A stretch of 14,229 bases of DNA from Trichoplax adhaerens (taxonomy: Eukaryota; Animalia; Placozoa). Below are positions 1 to 8,907 of this stretch, piece by piece (position 1 is the stretch's first letter; each line of letters begins with the position of its first letter). The translations under genes and the position numbers were made by a program. The notes beneath the pieces were generated by a model. That model worked only from the letters and a program-made list of their open reading frames with translations, did no database searches and was not told the DNA's origin. Location of the stretch: assembly GCF_000150275.1 (NCBI RefSeq), contig NW_002061035.1:1-14229 (forward strand). The letters are read 5' to 3'.

Positions 1-101
1 ATGGATTTGATACTAATCTTACCGTGAACCAGAATACCGGTGCCGATCGAACGGTTAACTTTAATTCTAGTTTACATGCAAAAGCAAAAATGATTCTTTT
101 G
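1..101 (+). CDS. Possible coding exon of an upstream gene, truncated by the window edge (GFDTNLTVNQNTGADRTVNFNSSLHAKAKMILL)
   Basis: The frame starting at 3 is open for 33 codons. It ends in phase 0 exactly at a consensus donor, TTG|GTAAGT (GT at 102-103), and has two N-glycosylation sequons (NLT, NSS). It is short, so chance cannot be excluded. Confidence 0.35.
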
Positions 102-1134
102 GTAAGTTCATTAATGTTAGTTTGAATTATTTTGTATTGCTAATTATTGCTGTGATTGGGCGTAAAGATATGTTGTTTATGATAACTGGATATGGAAGTA
201 GTTTTGTCATCGATAATTCATTATCAATTTTTTGAAGAGTTATCACATTATTTCTACGGGTAAAACAATGAAAGGTATCATTTAATAGTAACAAGGCAAA
301 AATTGGAAATTATGTTATACAAAAGTAAATATTAGACTGCCTGACAATTTGATAATCTGTAGCGTCATGCAAATAAATGACTGATGGAATAATATTTGCT
401 TTTATATATACATGTACGAATATTCGAGCTTTGTCAATATTTTTCACCAGTTTCAATGATTTTTTTGATTTTTTTGATTGATGTCGTACGATCATGAAAG
501 TAAGTACGTAATTGTAAATATATAGCTATTACATAACTATGCAATGTCTACAGTATTACTCGATCATTTTATGGAAGGTTCTATCAAAATGCATCACTAT
601 TTCAAGTTGATAGTACGAAGCCCTGATCCATTCGTCAATATTCACTAAAAGTTTTCGCAAGTTAGATGACGTTACAGCCATTTGCTTTCTGTTTAAAATC
701 GTTCCCAATTCGTCGTAATTTCTTGCTCCATTCTACTATAGCGTATTCTACATTGGCCATATGTCCACATACGTAAGAAAGATTGCAGATGTTTCTGCTT
801 TATTATTTAGATCCCATTCGTCAGGGTTTCATTTGTACATTGTACTAAATTGGATTCCATTTTGCCGTTACATCCACAATATCAAGAAAGATTGTGGGCG
901 TTCCTCCTTTACTATAGAGCTGATATATTTGATTAATTTTGAGCATCTGCTTACTGAATGTATTGCATTTTGAACTCGTCAACTTTCTTTGGAAGGAAGA
1001 AGTGATTAGTTGCCTTTGCGGAAAAGTTCACGTAGAGCTTTTATTAAATGAATGATCATTTTTGGGTTAGAGCCAGCTCTCGAGTCAAGAAATCACTAGC
1101 ACTCGTCTAGGTAGTGACGTTTCAAAAAGAAAAT

Positions 1135-2328
1135 ATGTTGAAGAAATTTCCTCCGTCCCTTTCCAATTGCCAAAGGGATTTCCATCTAAGTCAACTACTT
1201 CCTTATGATCCTAATGTTAAGAAAGAAAGGAGATTAATCGATGGCCTCAAAGAATATCTAGTACTTGTAATAGCTACAGAACATGTTATGGAAATGCTGA
1301 GTAAGCGTGATATCAATAAGTTTGATCCGATTGTGGGAGAAAATGCTAGCCAAATTAGAGCAGTTCAGACAGCCCTTGTCTTCCTTAAGCATCCGTCAGT
1401 GAACAACCAAGTCCTTTTATCCAAGATAAATCGAATTAAATTGCAATGCTTAAGCATGCTACAAGATATTGAGCGAGTGATTAAAGAAGGATTTTCTTTA
1501 TCCAATTTGCTAAAAGAAAAGAATATTGAACTCAATTTAAACTTTGATGAAATTTTCCTAATTGAATCTTACCTGCTTACAAAGGTGAAAATAGTCTTGC
1601 CTCCTAGACAAGAAAATCCCATCGTTAAAAACGAGTATACTGATACCAAAAAAATCAAAGAAATTAGCAGTGTAGGATCTACGTTTGCTAATAAGCTAGT
1701 AGCTCGATTAAGACAGAATCTATCCGAACACTCAGTGCAATTTGTTCAGGAGTTAGCCTATCAATTAGAGTTGGAAGAGAGTATAAAACAAATGATTTCT
1801 GCAGACTTTGTAGTAATGCATCGCAAGCTCAAGTGCACACCGTTCTTTTGGACGACAAAAGTAATCACGGAAGCGGCACTGTCTTATGGTATTCCTATCG
1901 TTATGCATGTTCAGCTAAAGAGCAAAGATAGAAATTATCAGCTGGAACATGAGATCTATCTCTACTTTGAAGCGACTTCGTCAAAATATCAGAATGTTTG
2001 TCCTTCTTCTTTACAAAAAGAATCTCCAGCGATTGTTCTGCTAGGTAGCACATGCAGAGATTCTAGTAATCTTCCGTCCATAAGCGACTGGACAAAGGAA
2101 ATAACCACATCAGGCCCAGTTGATTTACTGTTAGCTTATGCAGCAGCACATAGACAATATCCTGATGAAACATCTGAAATCAATATTCAGGACAAAGAGT
2201 TTGAATTTTATCGAAAGAAAGCTTTCGAATGGGGTTGTTGTCTACAAAATTCTTCGCGCTTTTTCTTATCGCAGGCATACTGTGATCATATTGAAAATAT
2301 GCTGCAGGAAAGCTCGAAATTAGAATAA
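1135..2328 (+). CDS. Uncharacterised ~397-aa soluble protein, paralog 1 (candidate catalytically dead copy)
   Basis: Uninterrupted 1.2-kb ORF in AT-rich DNA with full-length homology to 7096-8307. The ORF track starts at GTG 1114, but ATG 1135 (A-rich context AAAATATG) aligns with the paralog's Met. ATTAAA at 2451-2456 may be the polyA signal. No signal peptide or TM helix is evident. Confidence 0.9.
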   Translation: MLKKFPPSLSNCQRDFHLSQLLPYDPNVKKERRLIDGLKEYLVLVIATEHVMEMLSKRDINKFDPIVGENASQIRAVQTALVFLKHPSVNNQVLLSKINRIKLQCLSMLQDIERVIKEGFSLSNLLKEKNIELNLNFDEIFLIESYLLTKVKIVLPPRQENPIVKNEYTDTKKIKEISSVGSTFANKLVARLRQNLSEHSVQFVQELAYQLELEESIKQMISADFVVMHRKLKCTPFFWTTKVITEAALSYGIPIVMHVQLKSKDRNYQLEHEIYLYFEATSSKYQNVCPSSLQKESPAIVLLGSTCRDSSNLPSISDWTKEITTSGPVDLLLAYAAAHRQYPDETSEINIQDKEFEFYRKKAFEWGCCLQNSSRFFLSQAYCDHIENMLQESSKLE

Positions 2329-2912
2329 CAACTTCATTCTAAGTAACAAGAGCCTTTGTCGATTATCACAAAGTTCATCGTTAGACTATCTCATTTTTTA
2401 TTGCCAATGATACAGTAGTATGACCATTCTGTAAGTCATAACATGCCTTTATTAAATGTCTTATTTTAATGAAGAAATGTAGTGTATACTGTAGGTATAA
2501 GGTGGATTTCAGAATTATGCATTATCGTTTACTTTTTTCCACCATGCCTTGTGCATTGACTTGCGTATTGAATCTATATTGTCTACGAAATTCTTAGCTA
2601 ATGTCGGTGTAGTGTATTTAGTTTTCACTGTAATTTTTAGACATGTTCTTTAATACAGATATTTTGTTATGTTCTGAATATACATACCTCTACGTGGTAT
2701 AGACTAAGTGTTTGTGTCGTAGTATGTAGAGTATTTAGTTCTATAGCCTATTTCAACTATGCTCAAATATAGCTTGCCATGTTTAGGTATTTATAGCACC
2801 TACAGCCTTTGCTATATCCTACAATCATTTACTATTATAGCCTGTTTATGGTATATGATGTATCTAATTCTACAATCCTCTTCTCTTCATATGTTCTCTC
2901 TCTAAAATTATA

Positions 2913-2980
2913 AATACTGATGATTTCTGCCTCAGATTGGTTCAGTAATACTAATGATTTCTGCCTCAGATTGATTCAGT
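2913..2980. repeat. 34-bp tandem duplication (2 copies, 2 mismatches)
   Basis: aatactgatgatttctgcctcagattggttcagt (2913-2946) is followed by aatactaatgatttctgcctcagattgattcagt (2947-2980). Confidence 0.95.
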
Positions 2981-4019
2981 TACACTTGTTAGTGTTAGTA
3001 TTCTGCACATGTTACTTCATGACAGCTTATGCGCTGATCTACGACTAACTACCACACTCTATCTAGTTATTCTCTACAATAAATATCTCTTTTTCTAATA
3101 ACCCCTCGTATCATTATTGTGAAATGCCTAAGGAGTCTACATCCGCAGACTCTTCGAACCCTCCATCACAGTCAGTTATTTATGCTCAGAGTTTTGAATA
3201 ATAAACCACTTTTTCTTTATTCCGCTTTGTTGTTTATTTCATTAATATATTGTACAAATTAATTAGCACAGTATTTGAAAGAAATTAAATGTAAATGAAG
3301 AATTCATGGCAATCTCTATAAGTAAATTAATGGTTTGAGGCTGAAGAAAGCAATGAAATGGCACGGACACCGAATAGCTACTAGCACCGTGGACTACTAA
3401 ATATTATACCAACGAGAGCATCTAGTAGTGCATCCCAGCACCAAATTGGAGTGGAGTGCCGTACTCAGTGAGAGTACGTTGCTAGTTTAATGCATTTATA
3501 TTAAGTCTGTCATTACGAAATTGAATTTACTTCAAGAAAAACTTAAACCGGAATAGTTTTTTTTATCGATTGAATTGTCTTAGATTTAGCTTACTTCCAG
3601 ATGAGAAGGTATTGCAGTTTGTGACAAAATTTCACTCGAAACATGTTAAAATTCATTACTGAAGCTTCGTCGACGATAATTACAGCTTTTCTTAAGATTT
3701 ACCGTATCTTTAAGAAGAGGAAGATCATTTATCATGATGTTATTCATTCTTATATCTTGCTTAAAATCTACTTTACAACTTACCGGTAAGTATGTTTCTC
3801 TATAAATATCGAGAGCAAACGCGCCCATGATTATAATTAGTCTGACTTATAGGTATGAGGTTCATTCTGCAGTTTAGCAGTTTTAATTAAATTTGGATGG
3901 TATCCTAATTTATAGTATAAAGCAAAATCTTTTATTGAACACAAATATGTGATAGAATCAGAACAAAATTCGTGTATTTTGCTAATCTTGAATTTAAATA
4001 AGATTTACTAGAATCAGAT

Positions 4020-4370
4020 TATCACAGCATCGCCAATCAATTGAACTTCCTTTTAATACATTTCTTGCTTGGCATCGTCCGCATAAATTACCTTCCCTAT
4101 TGCCAATAATCTATTTTATACATTCAATCTTATTTTTATATAACGAATTCTTTGCACTTGATAGACAATATCATACAATACTGCACTAAGAGTAATCTGC
4201 TTGAATTAATTTGCAGCGTGAGCGCGGTATGCAGCAGTGAAGGGATTAATACGTTATTCGCCCATGACTCGTATCCCCCAAAACGAGTATTTCAGCTTGT
4301 AAACTAAAACTATTGGGATTTTGGTCTAGATTACCATCCACACAACAAGTTCTCTGCAACATCATCGATC
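4020..4370 (-). pseudogene. Degraded fragment of a Cys-rich extracellular protein gene (FWG...YC...NRxGxLCGxC type)
   Basis: Minus strand 4101-4072 reads NREGNLCGRC. In-frame upstream it reads CSIV*YC...ECIK* with stops. Further upstream are TTT TGG GGG (FWG) and TCCVDG in shifted frames. The motif order resembles the Cys-rich region of large multi-pass membrane proteins common in basal metazoans; this is recognised from memory, not searched. Confidence 0.45.
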
Positions 4371-5563
4371 ACAAACTTTCGTATGAATACGATTACAATA
4401 TTGTTGGTAAACCGTTATAGAACGTTATCCTTTATTCTTTCGTGCGTAACGGTAGCAATATCGAAAAGAAAGTTTAGTCTAGAATTTAAGATCCAGTAAA
4501 CACTCTTTACTATAATACAATAAAGTATCTTAATTAAAAAAATTGAGACATCGACGAATGATTATTCAATAGCCACTGATATCAATACTCGGCATTAATT
4601 AGAATGATATCGATTTATTTTATTAAACATATAATTGTACAGGCTAAATCAGGCCCAAACTAGATAAATTCTATATTTGGTTGTAGCCTAATAATTCTAT
4701 GGGTATATATAAATACTATACAGAAATTTCAACGGAATACAGCTTTGATTTTTTAACGAAGAGGAGACATCGAAAATAATCACATTGTACTGCACGGTAG
4801 GTACTGTACACTGTACAGTAGGGGTGTCAAAATCGGAAATTAAAATTTCAATATGGATTGCATTGCTTTACAGCTTACCAGAATTCTTTGCATTTGATTA
4901 TTACCCTATGTATTGTAGCATCCTAAATTATTAATGATTATTAATCTACTATATAAACGTAGTCGCATTCCTTCCTCTTCGAAATAATTAAGTAATTATT
5001 TTAAGCCATTATAAATAGTTAAGCTGATAATGTTAATTTCGCCCGCTAATTTAATTCATTATGCTGATGGACCTTAATTAATTATAACTAACATTCAATA
5101 TTATCTTTTGTGCCTATAAGAAAAATTTTGCATTTACGTAATGATTTTAACTTTTGGCGAATAAACCAAATTACTTAATGCGTATAACGAGAGATAATTT
5201 CGTCGGTTTATGATAAATATTCCTTAACATATATTTTAAATGCATATAAGTCCGTTCAAATATATACCTATAGATATTTTGTCTTTCATTATCACAGTTG
5301 CTGCATACTTTTGCGATAATTTTAATTTAATTGTGGCAATCAGCAGTCAAGATGCAATTGGCGGCCACTAATATGATATGTATATAGCAATCAATGTCGC
5401 CGCTGTTATGGGCAACAATAGGCATTCTTTTGGTCAAGCTATCTATTTTATACCTGGCTTGGAAAGACGTGCCATGACTAGCCTTACGACACAAGAAACC
5501 AATTAGTACTTATAGTCAATATTAGTTTAGTCCGTAAGACCACTTCTGTATACCGTAACTCAA

Positions 5564-5578
5564 ACACACACACACACA
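5564..5578. repeat. (AC)7 microsatellite
   Basis: acacacacacacaca. Confidence 0.9.
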
Positions 5579-6371
5579 ACAATTTTTATTGATCATTATC
5601 TCACTTATATACTCTATCTGTCGTTATAAACATATTAACTACGTTATCAGCATCTTTTAAATAACAAGTATGCTATTACAGTTAAGTTATCATACATAGG
5701 TAATTGTAGGAATAAACAATTTGATACATACGTACGTCTCAACTGCGAGCTCTTTCGAGCTCCTATATTTTATATACCTATTTGAGATTTATTACTATTC
5801 TGTTATAATATCACAATATCTAAGTTTTTTGTGTCTGTGATAAGACGATACTAATGCTAATATGTGGCAGTAAAGATTATTCTAAAGGACAAATACGAGT
5901 GAGTAAACAAAATAATCAGCATTTTACTTAATTATCATTCTTAATCCAATCAATCATAGCTATAAATGCGATAATACGACACAATTGACAGTTGGCGTAA
6001 GCGATCATTCTGAATCCAGGGGGTTAATTTGTACACCAATCTATCCATCTGGTTTTGGTAATAATATAATTCTTCACTTTTAAGTACATATGTATATGAT
6101 GTGTAATATCCTTCTATTTTTTTTAGATTGGCTCACTCAACTCCATTTAGCCATTCGCGCGCATTATACTTTGGTATTGGTTGCATTCAATTAAGTTATT
6201 ATTTCTCCAAAATAACAGCTTCTAGACTAATATTATTAGGTACAGCTATACAACAATAGATACTATACAGCACTACAAGCTTGAATTTCAACAGTAATTA
6301 CAATTCTTCCGCTTTGAACCTTTCAATTCTTTTGTATTATATCTTCTTACTTACTTTATATAGCGATGACT

Positions 6372-6394
6372 CTAACCCTAACCCTAACCCTAAC
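6372..6394. repeat. Interstitial telomeric-type repeat (CTAACC)3CTAAC, i.e. TTAGGG on the minus strand
   Basis: ctaaccctaaccctaaccctaac; TTAGGG is the ancestral metazoan telomere unit. Confidence 0.85.
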
Positions 6395-7015
6395 ATATGG
6401 TCTGATATTTTTGAATGGTTTCTAATTAGCGATGCTTTACTCTAACATTATATTGACGTAGTTTGGCAGGGTAGTATAGTAGTTGCGACTATTGGATACT
6501 GTTGTCTCGCCTACTCCTAAATGAAATGACATTATCATCTATGTTTGCTAATAAGAGGATTTCGTATATTCGGAAGGCGTATTTATTGTGCTTGCATTAA
6601 GCGTGTGCATGCAATGCAGTTTACTTTCTTGAAAGGCATTTACGAATTTTTTCAAAAGTTCCTGATTTGAACAAGCAACAGTCTTTCACCCTCGTATATT
6701 TTCTCGATTTTTTTGAAATTTGATATTTGTAGACAGTCTAATCTTTGAAATTATCGGCAATACGATATTTTATTGGTATAAGAAAGAAATTGTCATTAAC
6801 TTTATTGTGTAAAGTTCGGTTAGCGTAATTCGCTTAGGTGTATTGAAAGTCTTCACAAGGTAGATTGGCGTCGAATTGTATCCTTTCTGGTTGAGGATTA
6901 ATTTCAGCATTCGTTCAATGTGTCATCCATTAGACTCATAAAATTTCTGGAGAAATTTAAAGATATATATTGCCAGAAAATACCGTACTAAGTTCGAACT
7001 CGTGCAAATCCAACA

Positions 7016-7093
7016 GTAAGTTAATTTCCTGTTTTAGTTAAAACTCTAGTCGAACATCACTAGTAGCCAATCGATTTAATTCCATTTTTACAG
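7016..7093 (+). other. Candidate 78-nt GT-AG intron in the 5'UTR of paralog 2
   Basis: GTAAGT donor at 7016-7021. The acceptor ttccatttttacAG ends at 7093, two bases before ATG 7096. Confidence 0.55.
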
Positions 7094-7095
7094 AT

Positions 7096-8307
7096 ATGAA
7101 ATTAGAGAAAAATTTTCTGTCTCCTTTCAATAATCAAAGAGATTTTCTCTTAAGTCATTTACTTCCTTATGATCCTAATAATAATAAAGCCAAAAAATTG
7201 GAAAATGGTCTCCGCGAATATCTACTACTAATAATCGCTACAGAACAAGCTTTAGAAATCGTAGCGAAGAAAGATATCAACAGGTTTGATCCACTTGTTG
7301 GAGAAAATGCTTGCCAAATTAGATCTCTTCAGATTGCCCTTATTTTCTTGAGATATCCAGTAGATAGCCAAGCTCTTCTATCGGAGATAAGCCGAGTCAG
7401 AATACATTGCCTAAACCTTATCGAAAATCTGGATCGGATAGTTAATAAAAGACCTATATCCGATTTATTCAAAAGTGATATTGAAATTCATTTAAACTTT
7501 AGCGAGTATTTTCTAATCCAATCTTACTTGCTTACAAAAGTGAAAATATCCAAGCCACCAAGTAAAGAAAATCCTCTAGTTTTGAACGAGTATACAGACA
7601 TAAAAAAAATTGGAGAAATTAGTCACATAGGATCTAATTTTACTAATAAGCTTGTAAGCCATTTAAGACAAAGTTTGTCCGTACATTCAGTAGAGCTAAT
7701 TCAAAGTTTGGCATATCAATTAGAAATGGATCAGACTGTAAAACAAATAATCTCAGCAGATTTTGTAATAATTCATCGCCATCTCAAGTGCTTGCCATGC
7801 TTTTGGGTCAGCAAAGTAGTCATTCAAGCAGCTATTAAATACAAGATCCCTATAGTTTTACACGCTCAGCTCAAGAGCCAAGATAGAAATTATCAGATAG
7901 AAAACGAGATCTTTCTTTATTTTGATGCTACCTTAACTGGATATCAGAATGTACCCCTCATTTCCTTAAAAAAGGAAACCCCAGCCATTGTTCTAATAGG
8001 GAGTACAGCTAGAGATTTTAACAATCTTCCGTCAGTTCATGACTGGAAAAAGGAACTCATCGCATCAGGTCCTATTGATATATTTCTAGCTTGTGCAGCG
8101 ACACATAAACAGTATCCCAATGAAATGGCTGGAGAAGAAATTTATAAAGACCAAATTCAGAACAAAGAATTTCAATTTTATCGAAAAAAAGCCTTTGAAT
8201 GGGGATGCTGCCTACAAAATGCCTCCAGATTTTTCTGGTCTCATGTATACTGTGATAGTATCGAGAACATTTCTTTATCAAGCTTCGAAACTGCAGACAA
8301 CTCTTGA
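7096..8307 (+). CDS. Uncharacterised 403-aa soluble protein, paralog 2 (retains Cys73, C232xxC235, Cys333, His383; candidate active enzyme)
   Basis: Uninterrupted ATG-to-TGA ORF. Blocks shared with paralog 1 include LLPYDPN, FDPxVGENA, SYLLTKVKI, QLKSxDRNYQ and FYRKKAFEWGCCLQN. AATAAA at 8445-8450. Confidence 0.92.
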   Translation: MKLEKNFLSPFNNQRDFLLSHLLPYDPNNNKAKKLENGLREYLLLIIATEQALEIVAKKDINRFDPLVGENACQIRSLQIALIFLRYPVDSQALLSEISRVRIHCLNLIENLDRIVNKRPISDLFKSDIEIHLNFSEYFLIQSYLLTKVKISKPPSKENPLVLNEYTDIKKIGEISHIGSNFTNKLVSHLRQSLSVHSVELIQSLAYQLEMDQTVKQIISADFVIIHRHLKCLPCFWVSKVVIQAAIKYKIPIVLHAQLKSQDRNYQIENEIFLYFDATLTGYQNVPLISLKKETPAIVLIGSTARDFNNLPSVHDWKKELIASGPIDIFLACAATHKQYPNEMAGEEIYKDQIQNKEFQFYRKKAFEWGCCLQNASRFFWSHVYCDSIENISLSSFETADNS

Positions 8308-8907
8308 TTCAACATAGCAAACCAGAGGTCGATTACCTTAGAAATGAACGTTTAGGCTACCTCATTTATATCATTATTTTATTTACCGATTTTTCAGATT
8401 GGAAAGAAAATAACTAGAATGAAAATATTAGAAAAATTCTCGAAAATAAACGGAGAGCTCGTACACGTATACGCATAGAACCAGTTATAATGCAGTATAC
8501 TTAGAGTTAGAGCTAGCCGTGACATTGCTAACTATAGTAGTTAAACATTTACCTCCTTAAATAATCGCTTATTCTTTTTCGCACATATGATGCAATAAAT
8601 TTAGATCTTTAATCGTCACGTTAGTTAACTATTTCCAACTACGACATTTTTAAATAATTTATGTTTTTGCACTTCTAACTTAATCATTTTAATTCCTATA
8701 GTCGCGTAACCGTCATATGCGGCACGAAAGTAACGAAATATTTGAACACGATGGGAATATTTTCCCTTAATGGTGCTGTAATTAAGACTATACAGTATGT
8801 CACTGTGCACATGTTGTATGCATACATATAGATGTAACTCTATTGCATGAATTAATTATCGAAAGACTTAGGTTAATCGAATTATATAACTTTAATAGCG
8901 CTTCTAC

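Noticed and set aside
945-1110. Patchy similarity between the upstream regions of the two paralogs (actttctt..aagg..aaaagttc; gaactcgt; atcactag)
   Set aside because: The matches are only 7-8 nt and not convincingly collinear in AT-rich DNA. A formal alignment is needed.
2138-2323. Overlapping alternative-frame ORFs in both paralogs (2138-2323 and 8093-8317) and antisense ORF 8072-8281
   Set aside because: They are short shadows of the main CDS. Their mutual similarity follows from paralogy, and the start ATGs are not both canonical.
2913-2980. 34-bp and 27-bp repeats considered as a CRISPR array
   Set aside because: Only two copies each, no spacer periodicity, no cas genes, and a eukaryotic context.
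3124-3201. 25-codon ORF MPKESTSADSSNPPSQSVIYAQSFE followed by AATAAA
   Set aside because: Too short, with no acceptor or homology evidence.
5340-5510. GC-richer patch with short open frames, one of them hydrophobic
   Set aside because: No recognisable motif and no consistent splice sites.
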